The notes: generated from the sequence alone by a model not told the origin. 64,000 nt of DNA from Patescibacteria group bacterium (GCA_034003985.1 JAVEXP010000003.1:58643-122642); one strand, 5' to 3'. Shown: positions 1 to 9,820, numbered from the stretch's first letter. Program-made: numbers and translations.

Positions 1-174
1 TTTCTTAGTCAATCGTCGCAAACTGTTATCGTGAACCACAACCGGATGTTTATCTTTAGTAATTCTAATGTCCATTTCCACCATATCAACTCCCAATTCC
101 AAGGCTTTACGAAAAGAGGAAATGGTATTTTCCGGTGCATAAGCCTTAGCGCCCCGATGACCGATTTTTAACAT
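1..174 (-). CDS. Glycerophosphodiester phosphodiesterase, N-terminal part (runs off the window)
   Basis: Manual translation MLKIGHRGAKAYAPENTISSFRKALELGVDMVEMDIRITKDKHPVVVHD contains the GDPD motifs HRG, PENT, ExD and HD. Confidence 0.9.
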   Translation of the reverse strand, partial: MLKIGHRGAKAYAPENTISSFRKALELGVDMVEMDIRITKDKHPVVVHDNSLRRLTKK

Positions 175-206
175 AATAATTCAAAGACTCTTTCAATAAT
201 AAACAC

Positions 207-280
207 TGGACAATGCTGGACTCGAACCAGCGACCTTCGCGATGTGAACGCGACGCTCTAACCAACTGAGCTAATTGTCC
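207..280 (-). tRNA. tRNA-Val(CAC)
   Basis: GGACAAT/ATTGTCC acceptor stem, D-arm GCTCAGTTGGTTAGAGC, anticodon arm TCGCG-TTCACAT-CGCGA, T-loop TTCGAGT; CCA not encoded. Confidence 0.95.
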
Positions 281-298
281 CTGGTCATGACGGGCAGG

Positions 299-368
299 TG
301 TGAACGCGACGCTCTAACCAACTGAACTGGCAATCGCTGATAACGGGCCGGGACTAAACTAATTGCCC
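299..368 (-). repeat. Partial duplicate of the 5' half of tRNA-Val
   Basis: 299-325 is identical to 243-269 (27 bp); 359-368 (ctaattgccc) resembles 271-280 (ctaattgtcc). Confidence 0.85.
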
Positions 369-390
369 AAACTTTAAGTAATAACTACGG

Positions 391-470
391 AAAAAAAATA
401 AAGCGTTGGGTTCACGGTACACCTTCAATATTACGCTAACTTGGTGTATGCCCACAATAAATATGTTATC
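391..470 (-). ncRNA. Candidate small pseudoknotted RNA or attenuator
   Basis: Promoter TTGAAT-17-TATATT (505-477); stem TACACC/GGTGTA; loop AGCGT complementary to downstream ACGCT; ends in a T8 run. Confidence 0.4.
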
Positions 471-560
471 ATTGAGAATATAACACAAAAAATTCAATAA
501 TTCAAGTCAAAAAAATATTGCCAACAGCTTGGTTTTGTGTCACAATAATAGCACCAAACT

Positions 561-1982
561 ATGATAACGCGTCCGGATCCAAATTTCTTGAGCGAGGAAG
601 ATAAAATCATCAAACCTCAGCGGCAAAAACTTAAAATTATCAGTAAAATAGCCATCTATTTACTGATAATTTTTGTTATCCTGTTTATTTTTTTTGGCAT
701 CGGCATGATCAGTTCCGGTGAAAATCTTTCCAAAACTTTGGGCAATGCCAGCTTATGGGGCCAGATCAGACATTTGATTGGCAGCGATGACAAAGCGCTG
801 CAGGGCGAAGATCGCGACCGAATCAACATTTTACTAATGGGCATGGGCGGACTGGAACACGATGGGCCATATCTGACCGATACAATCATGGTCGCCAGCT
901 ACAAACCCTCAACCAATCAAGTAGCAATGATCTCCCTGCCCCGTGACCTACTAGTCCAAATCCCGGGTTTTGGCTGGTATAAAATTAACCACGCCAATGC
1001 CTATGGTGAAATGAAAGAAGCTGGCCAGGGCGGCGAACTGGCTAAACAAGTTGTCAGCCAAACTTTGAATATACCGATTGACTATTATGTCCGAATTGAT
1101 TTTGCCGGCTTTAAACAAATTATTGACGATTTGGGAGGAATTACCGTTGAAGTCGAAAACCTCCTGGATGACGAAAATTACCCGATCCCCGGTCAAGAGA
1201 CGGCCACAACATCCAAACGCTACGAACATCTTTATATTGAGCCAGGGCGGCAACACATGAACGGTGACTTAGCCTTGAAATATGTTCGCAGCCGCCAAGC
1301 CAAAGGAATTGAGGGCTCTGATTTTGCCAGAAGTAAAAGGCAGCAACAAGTCTTAATGGCAGTTAAAAACAAAGGATTGTCATTTACTACCCTTGTTAAT
1401 CCTCACCGGATTGGCAAACTGATGGATACTTTAAGCCAACATCTGGCTACTGATTTTAAAGTTTGGGAAATCATCCGGCTATTCAATCTCGGCAAAGATA
1501 TTGAACCAGAAAATGTCGTCCGACAGGTTTTTGACGACGGGCCCGACGGGGTTCTTTATTCAACCATCCTGGAAAATGGCGCTTATGTCTTAAAACCCAA
1601 GGCCGGCAATTTTTCTGAAATGCAAATGATTGTTAATAACATTTTTGATCCGGATAAAATTGAGGCCCTAACCCCAAAAATGGTCGAAATCCAAAATGGC
1701 ACCAAAATCAGCGGTCTGGCTTTCCAAACTTCCCAATATCTCCAGAGCTTAGGATATCAAGTGGTCAAGATCGGCAATGCCCCAACTCAAGATTACCAAA
1801 AAACCGTTGTTTACAATCTGACGGAAAATCAAAATGACCCTACGGCCCAAACCATTGCTGAATTAATCAAGGCCCAATTGGCGACTGCCCTGCCAAGTTG
1901 GCTGACTGCCACCGACACCAAAGCCGTTGGCGGCCGGACCGAAATTCTGATAATCTTAGGACAGGACCGCAAAGACTTATGA
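561..1982 (+). CDS. LCP (LytR-CpsA-Psr) family protein with C-terminal LytR_C domain
   Basis: N-terminal TM; motifs NILLMG, TDTIM, SLPRDL, KINHA, ALKYVRSR, DFARSKRQQ; C-terminal VEIQNGT..SGLA and IILGQD. Confidence 0.93.
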   Translation: MITRPDPNFLSEEDKIIKPQRQKLKIISKIAIYLLIIFVILFIFFGIGMISSGENLSKTLGNASLWGQIRHLIGSDDKALQGEDRDRINILLMGMGGLEHDGPYLTDTIMVASYKPSTNQVAMISLPRDLLVQIPGFGWYKINHANAYGEMKEAGQGGELAKQVVSQTLNIPIDYYVRIDFAGFKQIIDDLGGITVEVENLLDDENYPIPGQETATTSKRYEHLYIEPGRQHMNGDLALKYVRSRQAKGIEGSDFARSKRQQQVLMAVKNKGLSFTTLVNPHRIGKLMDTLSQHLATDFKVWEIIRLFNLGKDIEPENVVRQVFDDGPDGVLYSTILENGAYVLKPKAGNFSEMQMIVNNIFDPDKIEALTPKMVEIQNGTKISGLAFQTSQYLQSLGYQVVKIGNAPTQDYQKTVVYNLTENQNDPTAQTIAELIKAQLATALPSWLTATDTKAVGGRTEILIILGQDRKDL

Positions 1983-3388
1983 ACCAAAAAATAACCATCA
2001 ATCAAAAATTACCAACGGTGGTAATCGTTGGTCGGATCAATGTCGGCAAATCAACCCTGTTTAACCGATTAACGGAAACCAGCAAGGCAATTATTTCACC
2101 GATTGAGGGCACAACCCGCGACTACAATCTAGGACAAGTGGCCTGGCGCAAAAAAATCTTTAACTTGATCGACAGCGGCGGAGTTAATATTGATATTCTC
2201 CAAAATAGCATCGTCAATCTGATTAACGAAAAACCGCTCCAAAACCTTAAACCAAATATAATTGAACAAGAAATAATCAAACAAACCAAAACTGCGCTAG
2301 CCAAAGCTAATTTAATAATTATGGTCACCGACGGCAAAACCGGCGTATTGCCCGAAGACCGACAGTTGGCGATAACTTTAAAAAAAATGGCCAAGCCGGT
2401 GATTTTGGTGGTCAATAAAATTGATCGGCAATCTCAGGCCGCTAGTACCGCCGAATTTTTCAAACTGGGACTCGGCAAACCTTGGCCGGTATCGGCCGCC
2501 AGCGGCAGCCAAGTCGGCGACTTTTTGGACGAATTGGTAAAACAAATAAAATGGCCGCGGGGACGGCAACCCAATGTTAAGGATCAAACGGCAATAAAAG
2601 TGGCTTTAATCGGCAAACCAAATGTTGGCAAATCATCATTGGTCAATAAAATGTTAGGTGAAGAACGAGTAATTGTTTCACCGCTGGCACAAACCACCAG
2701 AGAACCTCAGGATACCGAAATTATTTTTGACAAACAACACATTATTATAATTGATACGGCCGGACTGAGAAAAAAAACCAAGGTGCACGAAACTTTGGAG
2801 AAAATCGCCACCAAAAAAACTCAAAGGATGATTGAACAAGCCGACATCGTTTTATTGGTGACCGAAGCCAACGAGCCGCTGGCTAAACAAGACGCTTACC
2901 TGGCCGGATTATTGAAAGACCAGGGAGTGGGAGTAATTGTTGTCGCCAACAAATGGGACTTAATTGCGAACAAGACTACCAACACCGACCAACAGGTAAA
3001 AAATTATTACCAGGGTGAATTTGCCTATTTAAGTTTTGCACCATTGATTTTCGTCTCCGCTCAAACCGGCAAAAATGTCGACAAAATTCTGCCGCTGATT
3101 TTGGAAGTAAATCAAGAAAGCACCAAAAAAGTAAGCCCCGAAGATCTGGAAAAATTGACAACCGCGTTAGTTAGACATCACCGCCCGGCCCAAGCCAAAG
3201 GCAACAGCCGACCAAAAATTTATGGCCTGACCCAAAGCGGCGTCAAACCACCGACTTTCACAATTACCGTTGGACCCAGACAAAGCCTCCACTTTTCTTA
3301 TATACGATTCATCGAAAATCAATTGCGCCACAACTTTGGCTTTAAGGGTATTCCTGTTAGAATAAGGACAAGAAGCCTAAAACAATAA
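1979..3388 (+). CDS. der: Ribosome biogenesis GTPase Der (EngA)
   Basis: Two G domains (GRINVGKS and GKPNVGKS; DSGG/DTAG; NKID/NKWD) plus a KH-like C-terminus. Start moved to the ATG overlapping the upstream stop. Confidence 0.95.
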   Translation: MNQKITINQKLPTVVIVGRINVGKSTLFNRLTETSKAIISPIEGTTRDYNLGQVAWRKKIFNLIDSGGVNIDILQNSIVNLINEKPLQNLKPNIIEQEIIKQTKTALAKANLIIMVTDGKTGVLPEDRQLAITLKKMAKPVILVVNKIDRQSQAASTAEFFKLGLGKPWPVSAASGSQVGDFLDELVKQIKWPRGRQPNVKDQTAIKVALIGKPNVGKSSLVNKMLGEERVIVSPLAQTTREPQDTEIIFDKQHIIIIDTAGLRKKTKVHETLEKIATKKTQRMIEQADIVLLVTEANEPLAKQDAYLAGLLKDQGVGVIVVANKWDLIANKTTNTDQQVKNYYQGEFAYLSFAPLIFVSAQTGKNVDKILPLILEVNQESTKKVSPEDLEKLTTALVRHHRPAQAKGNSRPKIYGLTQSGVKPPTFTITVGPRQSLHFSYIRFIENQLRHNFGFKGIPVRIRTRSLKQ

Positions 3389-3389
3389 T

Positions 3390-3959
3390 ATGAAGCTGAT
3401 CGCCGGATTGGGAAATCCCGGAACAAAATATGAAAACACCTGGCACAATGTCGGTTTTTTAATGATTGACGAATTACACAAAAATTATGCCGGGGTTGAG
3501 GCTGAATTTAAAAACAGCAAAAAATTCAAATCCTTGGTATACGAATGCAACCAAGTTGAAGATAAAATAATTCTGGCCAAACCTCAAACTTTCATGAATA
3601 ATTCCGGCCAAGCCGTCAGTATTTTAGCCGGCTTTTACAAGATAGCTAAAAATGACTTGTGGGTGATTCACGATGATATTGATTTACCGTTAGGAACAAT
3701 TCGCATTTCCCAAAATGCTTCGGCTGCTGGCCATCGCGGAGTCCAATCAATCATTGATCAACTAAACACTCAGGAATTTGTACGATTTCGAATTGGCATC
3801 AGACCAACAGACCTACGGCAACCGACCGAAGAGTATGTCTTGCAAAATATCAACAAGCAAGGTAAATTGGAAATCGAACAGGCTGCGAAATTACTGCTAG
3901 GAGCAATCGAAATAAGTTTAAGCCAGGGAATTTCGGAAGCCATGAACGAATTTAATTAA
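3390..3959 (+). CDS. pth: Peptidyl-tRNA hydrolase
   Basis: Motifs GLGNPG..Y..T.HNVGF, KPQTFMNNSG, HDDIDL, GHRG, RFRIGI. Confidence 0.96.
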   Translation: MKLIAGLGNPGTKYENTWHNVGFLMIDELHKNYAGVEAEFKNSKKFKSLVYECNQVEDKIILAKPQTFMNNSGQAVSILAGFYKIAKNDLWVIHDDIDLPLGTIRISQNASAAGHRGVQSIIDQLNTQEFVRFRIGIRPTDLRQPTEEYVLQNINKQGKLEIEQAAKLLLGAIEISLSQGISEAMNEFN

Positions 3960-4007
3960 CTAAAAATTTTAAAAAACATAGCGCCAAACCAAAGGCGTTT
4001 TTTTATT

Positions 4008-4160
4008 AAAAAAGTAGCTTCCAAAAACCTGCATACCAGCGTAAGAGGACTTAATCGAAAAACGATAAGCCGCTTAGCTTGTGGCCTGGACAGATTAGGA
4101 GGGTTAATCTGACCGTGGCCGCTGGTAGACAGGTTTTCAAAAGCTACTATCCATATAACA
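4008..4160 (-). ncRNA. Candidate structured ncRNA (long stem plus three-way junction)
   Basis: Long imperfect inverted repeat 4013-4051/4120-4148 enclosing two hairpins; promoter TTGACT-17-TAATGT at 4197-4169; followed by a T run. Confidence 0.55.
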
Positions 4161-4208
4161 GATATCATACATTAACACAGTTAGTTAAAAAAGTCAAGGA
4201 TAAATAAA

Positions 4209-5312
4209 ATGACTAAATTATCAAAAAATGATGACTTGCCTTATTGGGTTGGCTTTAGTTTGATTAGTAATTTGGGGCCTAAAAATTGGCAACGAATAAT
4301 AAGATATTTTCCCGATTTGAAAACCGCCTGGCAAGCCGAGGTCAAAGAAATAATAAAAGCCGGACTAAACGAAAAACTGGCCAATGAAATTCATTCAAAA
4401 AGATTAGAGATTGAACCCGACCTGGAATGGCAAAAATTAATTGATCAAAAAATTAAGGTAACAACCTGCCTGGATGAGCAATACCCAAAATTATTAAAGG
4501 AAATTTATGACCCTCCTCCCCTCCTTTATTACCGAGGTAATTTTAATTTAAATCAGGATTTTTGTTTGGCAGTTGTCGGCAGCCGCCGGATTGGCAATTA
4601 CGGAAAACAAGTCACCGAGGAATTAGTCGGCCAGTTGAGCCAGCGCGGATTGACTATTGTCTCAGGCCTGGCTTTGGGAGTTGACGCCTGCGCCCATCAA
4701 GCCGCTATCAATAATCACGGCAAAACAGTGGCGGTTTTGGGTTCAGGTCTCCAACGGATTTATCCGGCAAGCAACACAAAACTGGCTGAACAAATAATTA
4801 ATAGGAACGGCGCGATTATTTCGGAATTCCCGTTGGGTACCTTGCCATTAAAATATAACTTCCCCCGGCGCAACCGAATTATTTCCGGCTTAAGCCTAGG
4901 GGTTTTGATTACTCAAGCCAAAGAAAAATCCGGTGCCTTAATTACCGCCGATTACGCTTTGGAACATAACCGCGAAGTCTTTGCGGTGCCGGGAAATATT
5001 TTTCAGGAAGGCAGCTTTGGACCGCACCGTTTAATCAAGGCGGGAGCCAAACTGGTTGAAACAGCTCAAGATATTTTGGAAGTTTTGAATTTAGAAAGTA
5101 TTAAAGAATTAAAAATTGCCAATCAGGTTTTGCCCACCAACTCCACCGAAGAAAAAATAATTGAGATTTTAAAAACCGAACAAATGCACATTGACAAAAT
5201 AGCAAGATACGCTAGACTTGATATCAGTATTATTAATGCCACTTTAAGTGTCATGGAAATGAAAGGTTTGATAAAACATTTGGGCGGCAGTAACTACGCA
5301 AAAACCAGATGA
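4209..5312 (+). CDS. dprA: DNA-processing protein DprA
   Basis: Motifs YP..LKEIYDPPP, AVVGSR, VSGLALGVD..AH, FPRRNRIISGLS, SGALITA, VPG; C-terminal winged helix. Confidence 0.96.
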   Translation: MTKLSKNDDLPYWVGFSLISNLGPKNWQRIIRYFPDLKTAWQAEVKEIIKAGLNEKLANEIHSKRLEIEPDLEWQKLIDQKIKVTTCLDEQYPKLLKEIYDPPPLLYYRGNFNLNQDFCLAVVGSRRIGNYGKQVTEELVGQLSQRGLTIVSGLALGVDACAHQAAINNHGKTVAVLGSGLQRIYPASNTKLAEQIINRNGAIISEFPLGTLPLKYNFPRRNRIISGLSLGVLITQAKEKSGALITADYALEHNREVFAVPGNIFQEGSFGPHRLIKAGAKLVETAQDILEVLNLESIKELKIANQVLPTNSTEEKIIEILKTEQMHIDKIARYARLDISIINATLSVMEMKGLIKHLGGSNYAKTR

Positions 5313-6097
5313 AAAAAATAACTCAACAAGATAAAATATATCTGCTATTCGCTTTGTTTATCGGAGCGCTATTAAGCGCCAATTTTTTGGGCGCTAAAAT
5401 AACAGCTTTTAGCTTGCCAATAATTCTAGCCTGGCCGCTAAACATTATTTTTTGGCCGCTGATATTTATCATTAATTTGGCAGCCAGTCCATTTGGCAGC
5501 TACTCCCTGTTTGAATCACCGATACTGGCTTATAATTTTTTTGATGTTGTCCATGTGTCAGTGGGAATTTTAACCGTACCAATAATGTTTTTGGTAACCG
5601 ATATTGTTGAAGAGGTTCTGGGCAAAGAAACAGCTAAAAAATTTATCAACGCCGCGTTAATCGTGATGATCTTCACCGTCATAATCACCGCCGTTTCAGT
5701 TTGGCTACCCGCCGACCCCAGTCGCCAATATTTTTCCCAGGAAGCCTACGCCAACATCTTTGCCGTGACTATCAGAATGAGTATTGCCTCAATTATTGCT
5801 TTTATTCTGGCTCAATATCATGATCTTTGGGCCTTCAATTTTTGGAAAGAAAAAACCGGCGGGCGCTGGTTATGGCTGCGCAACAATGCTTCGACCATTG
5901 TTTCCCAGTTGATTGATTCAACCGCTTTCATGTTTATTGCTTTTTACGGCTTAACACCAAAATTCAATATTCTTTATATTATCTCATTAATCATCCCCTA
6001 CTGGATTTTCAAAATTCTCTTTGCATTAATAGACACTCCGTTTGCCTATCTGGGAGTCAGATGGTTGAAGACCGAAAAAAACAATAAACAAAATTAA
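5309..6097 (+). CDS. Queuosine precursor transporter (YhhQ/Vut_1 family)
   Basis: Multi-TM protein with FLVTDIVEEVLG, ASIIAFILAQYHD, WLRNNASTIVSQLIDS and K...ALIDTPF. Confidence 0.9.
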   Translation: MKKITQQDKIYLLFALFIGALLSANFLGAKITAFSLPIILAWPLNIIFWPLIFIINLAASPFGSYSLFESPILAYNFFDVVHVSVGILTVPIMFLVTDIVEEVLGKETAKKFINAALIVMIFTVIITAVSVWLPADPSRQYFSQEAYANIFAVTIRMSIASIIAFILAQYHDLWAFNFWKEKTGGRWLWLRNNASTIVSQLIDSTAFMFIAFYGLTPKFNILYIISLIIPYWIFKILFALIDTPFAYLGVRWLKTEKNNKQN

Positions 6098-7390
6098 ATG
6101 AAGGCTAACAACTTTCAAGCTTACTTGGCGGCGGTAAAATATTTGGAATCAATCCAAAATATCGCCCAAGACGATTATTTCATCAAAAAAACCGGGCGCT
6201 CAATTTTTTTAAAACGCATGGGCGCGTTACTAAAAGAGTTAGGCAATCCTCACTTGGGCGTAAATTATATCCATATTGGCGGCACCTCAGGCAAAGGTTC
6301 GGTGGCCAACATGATCCAGTCAATCCTAACTCAAGCCGGATATAAAACCGGCTTATTTACTTCACCTTACCCAACCACTTCAATCGAAAAGATAAAAATT
6401 AACAAGCAGTTAATTAGTCCTGATGAGTTTGCCAAGCTGACGGAAAAAATAAAACCAGCAGTCGACCGGGTTTACCTTAGATCGCCTTATGGCCGACCTT
6501 CCTACTTTGAAATTTTTACGGCCATTGGTTTTTTGTATTTTAAACAACATCATTGCGACTATGTCGTTTTGGAAGTCGGCTTGGGCGGGCGACACGATGC
6601 GACCAACATTATCCCTCAGGCCGATATCACGGTAATCAATCGAATTGGCTACGATCATACTGAAATCCTAGGAAAAACTTTAAGTCAAATTGCCAAAGAA
6701 AAAGCCGCCATCATCAAGCCCCGAACCATTTTTTTTACCACCAATCAAAATAGCCCAAAAGTCCTAAACATTTTTAAAGAAGCTTGCCGAAAAAATCAAG
6801 TACCATTTAATGTGGTAAAAACGCCAACAACACGGTATCAGCTCAAACTTTTGGGAGAACACCAACAAGACAATGCCCAAATTGCCGAGCAGGTCGCCAG
6901 ATATTTGAAAATTGACAATCAAACGATCAGAACCGGTTTAAGCAAGGTAAAAATGTCTTGTCGAACCGAAATTATCCAAACTAAACCGCTGGTAATTTTG
7001 GACGGCGCTCACAATCAATCAAAAATTAAAACCACTTTACAAATTATTGATAATTTGACATACCAAAAACTTTATCTTATTATTGCCTTAACCAATGAAC
7101 GAAACGCTACGGAAATTTTCAAAGAAATCAGCACCAAGGCTGATCAAATAATAATTACCCGCCATTTATCGCCAAGTCGTCGATGCTACCCGCCAAAAAA
7201 AATAGCGGCGAAGTTGAAAAGTAAAAAGCCGATTATGATATTTCTGGATCCGTTTCAAGCACTCAAACAAGCTTTAAATCAAGCGAACAAAAATGATTTA
7301 ATCTTGGTAACCGGATCATTTTATTTGGCAGGGCTGCTGCGCCAACATTGGCGAGATGAATCTAAAATATTAACTGAACGAAAAATATAA
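6098..7390 (+). CDS. folC: Folylpolyglutamate synthase/dihydrofolate synthase
   Basis: Motifs HIGGTSGKGS, FTSP, FEIFT, EVGLGGRHDATN, IGYDHTEILG, EKAAI, LDGAHN, TGSFYL. Confidence 0.93.
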   Translation: MKANNFQAYLAAVKYLESIQNIAQDDYFIKKTGRSIFLKRMGALLKELGNPHLGVNYIHIGGTSGKGSVANMIQSILTQAGYKTGLFTSPYPTTSIEKIKINKQLISPDEFAKLTEKIKPAVDRVYLRSPYGRPSYFEIFTAIGFLYFKQHHCDYVVLEVGLGGRHDATNIIPQADITVINRIGYDHTEILGKTLSQIAKEKAAIIKPRTIFFTTNQNSPKVLNIFKEACRKNQVPFNVVKTPTTRYQLKLLGEHQQDNAQIAEQVARYLKIDNQTIRTGLSKVKMSCRTEIIQTKPLVILDGAHNQSKIKTTLQIIDNLTYQKLYLIIALTNERNATEIFKEISTKADQIIITRHLSPSRRCYPPKKIAAKLKSKKPIMIFLDPFQALKQALNQANKNDLILVTGSFYLAGLLRQHWRDESKILTERKI

Positions 7391-9612
7391 TGAAGGGAAA
7401 AAATTTGGTGATTGTTGAATCACCGACCAAGGCCAAAACTATTTCAAAATTTTTGGGGTCCGAATACAAAATCGAATCCTCTTTTGGTCATATCCGCGAT
7501 CTGCCAAAAAGCAAACTGGGAGTTGATGTTGAACACAACTTTGAACCCCAATATGTCATTCCCACCAAATCGCGCCAGCGAGCCAATGAATTAAAAAAAC
7601 TGGCCGACAAAGCCCAGACGATTTATTTCGCAACTGACGAAGACCGCGAAGGCGAAGCCATCTCCTGGCATTTGGTTAATATTTTTAAGACTCCCCAGGA
7701 TAAAGTTAAAAGAATTGTTTTTCACGAAATTACCGAAGAAGCAATCAAAGAAGCTTTAAAAAATCCGCGGACATTGGATTTGAATTTAGTTGACGCCCAA
7801 CAGGCCAGACGAGTCTTGGACCGGCTGGTCGGCTACCAGCTCTCCCCGTTCTTATGGAAAAAGGTGGCGCGCGGCCTTTCGGCCGGACGGGTTCAATCAG
7901 TGGCAGTCAGACTGATTGTTGAACGCGAACGAGAAATTCAAGCTTTTAAACCAGAAGAATATTGGAGTATTGAAAGTATTTTTGAAGCCCAGGGCACAAA
8001 GTTTGAATCTAAACTCCATAAAATTAAAGATCAGGTTATTGATAAGCTGGAGATCAAAAATCAGGCTCAGGCTGAAAATATTATTAAAGATTTAACAGGC
8101 GCCAAATACCAAATCGAAAAAGTCGAAAAACGCCAAACCAAAAAGCGGCCGCTACCGCCTTTTACCACTTCCACCTTACAACAGGCGGCTAACGCCCGCT
8201 TAGGTTTTTCGGCCAAACAAACGATGATGCTGGCCCAACAATTATATGAAGGTATCGAGCTTGGTTCCGGCGGCGTTGGTTTAATCACCTACATGCGAAC
8301 CGACTCTTTGAATTTGGCCCAAAAATTCCTAGACGAAGCCGGCAATTATATTAAAGATAAATTCGGCAATAATTACCACGACGAACCCAAACGATACAAA
8401 GCCAAATCAAAGTTGGCCCAAGAAGCTCATGAAGCAATCAGGCCAACTCTGGCCGAAAATGCACCGGAAAAAATCAAACCACATTTAAATGAAAGGCAGT
8501 TCAAGCTGTATCAGTTGATTTGGCAGCGAGCCATTGCCAGCCAAATGGCTGACGCGATCACCGACAACACCACTGTTGACATCAAAGCGGCCGATACGGT
8601 TTACACTTTCCGCAGCACCGGTTCGGTTATAAAATTTGACGGCTTTTTGAAAGTTTACCCAACCAACACCAAAGAAAATATTTTGCCCGATGTTGAAGAA
8701 AAAGATCAAGTCAATTTGGTTGAGCTTAAGCCGGAACAGCATTTCACCCAACCACCGGCCAGATATTCGGAAGCCACGCTGGTCAAAGCTTTGGAAGAAT
8801 ACGGCATTGGCCGACCGTCAACTTACGCGCCGACCATTTCCACCGTCCAAGATCGAGGGTATGTTGAAAAAGAAGACAAGCGCCTTAAACCAACCGACAT
8901 TGCTTATTTGGTAAACGATTTGCTGGTTGAACACTTCCCCGAAATTGTCGACTATAAATTCACAGCCAATATGGAGGATGACTTGGACGAAATTGCCGAG
9001 GGTAAAAAGAAATGGCAGCCGATTATCCACGAATTCTGGGGGCCGTTTAAAACCAACTTGGACAAAAAAGAATTGGAATTAGACAAAAAGAAATTGACCG
9101 AAGAAAAAACCGATGAAGTTTGCGAGAAATGCGGTAAACCAATGGTAATTAAAATTGGACGGTATGGAAAATTCTTAGCTTGCACCGGCTATCCGGACTG
9201 TAAAAATACCAAGCAGCTTGGCGGCGAAGGCAATGAACCACAAACTCCAGAAGTAACCGGCGAGACCTGCCCGGACTGCGGCAAGCCGTTAGTCAAACGC
9301 CGTGGACGCTTTGGCGAGTTTGTCGGCTGCAGCGGTTATCCTGATTGTAAATATATTAAAAAAGAAGCAGCTCAAACTTTTGGCACTTGCCCGAAATGCG
9401 GCAAAGGTAAAATTGTTGGCAAACGCAGCCGCCGCGGATTTTTCTATGCTTGCGACCAGTACCCGGAATGTAAAAATGCCTTATGGGGCAAGCCACACAT
9501 TAAAGAAGGAAAAACTGAACCAGAGACTTGCCCGGACTGCGGCGCAATTTTAGTGGAAGGCGGCAAAGACGCAATTAAATGTAGCAATAAAGATTGCAGC
9601 TATAAAGAATAA
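7390..9612 (+). CDS. topA: DNA topoisomerase I with four C-terminal Zn ribbons
   Basis: Motifs VESPTKAKTI, DEDREGEAI, SAGRVQS, ITYMRTDS, GIGRPSTYA; repeated CxxC ribbons. Confidence 0.98.
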   Translation: MKGKNLVIVESPTKAKTISKFLGSEYKIESSFGHIRDLPKSKLGVDVEHNFEPQYVIPTKSRQRANELKKLADKAQTIYFATDEDREGEAISWHLVNIFKTPQDKVKRIVFHEITEEAIKEALKNPRTLDLNLVDAQQARRVLDRLVGYQLSPFLWKKVARGLSAGRVQSVAVRLIVEREREIQAFKPEEYWSIESIFEAQGTKFESKLHKIKDQVIDKLEIKNQAQAENIIKDLTGAKYQIEKVEKRQTKKRPLPPFTTSTLQQAANARLGFSAKQTMMLAQQLYEGIELGSGGVGLITYMRTDSLNLAQKFLDEAGNYIKDKFGNNYHDEPKRYKAKSKLAQEAHEAIRPTLAENAPEKIKPHLNERQFKLYQLIWQRAIASQMADAITDNTTVDIKAADTVYTFRSTGSVIKFDGFLKVYPTNTKENILPDVEEKDQVNLVELKPEQHFTQPPARYSEATLVKALEEYGIGRPSTYAPTISTVQDRGYVEKEDKRLKPTDIAYLVNDLLVEHFPEIVDYKFTANMEDDLDEIAEGKKKWQPIIHEFWGPFKTNLDKKELELDKKKLTEEKTDEVCEKCGKPMVIKIGRYGKFLACTGYPDCKNTKQLGGEGNEPQTPEVTGETCPDCGKPLVKRRGRFGEFVGCSGYPDCKYIKKEAAQTFGTCPKCGKGKIVGKRSRRGFFYACDQYPECKNALWGKPHIKEGKTEPETCPDCGAILVEGGKDAIKCSNKDCSYKE

Positions 9613-9623
9613 AAATCAGCTAA

Positions 9624-9655
9624 ACAAAAAATCCCGCGACAGCGGGATTTTTTGT
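9624..9655. terminator. Bidirectional rho-independent terminator
   Basis: ACAAAAAATCCCGC-gaca-GCGGGATTTTTTGT between convergent ORFs. Confidence 0.85.
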
Positions 9656-9679
9656 ATCCTTAACAAAAGTTTAGTTAGG

Positions 9680-9820
9680 TCATAAAATTGCGGCCATTGA
9701 ATAAGACACGACGGACAGCGCCAGATAAACCGGCAAAACAATTGTTGCGGTCAGCACGGTAAAGGCGCGAGTAATGTCAAAATCCATGTCTTGAGCCTGC
9801 TGGAGTTGTTGGCAATCCAT
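9680..9820 (-). CDS. Small single-TM protein (46 aa, not in ORF track)
   Basis: MDCQQLQQAQDMDFDITRAFTVLTATIVLPVYLALSVVSYSMAAIL*; A-rich upstream; ends before the terminator. Confidence 0.6.
   Translation of the reverse strand: MDCQQLQQAQDMDFDITRAFTVLTATIVLPVYLALSVVSYSMAAIL

Noticed and set aside
3956-4168. 70-aa ORF between pth and dprA
   Set aside because: It coincides with a long inverted-repeat structure and its start overlaps the promoter; an RNA explains the region better.
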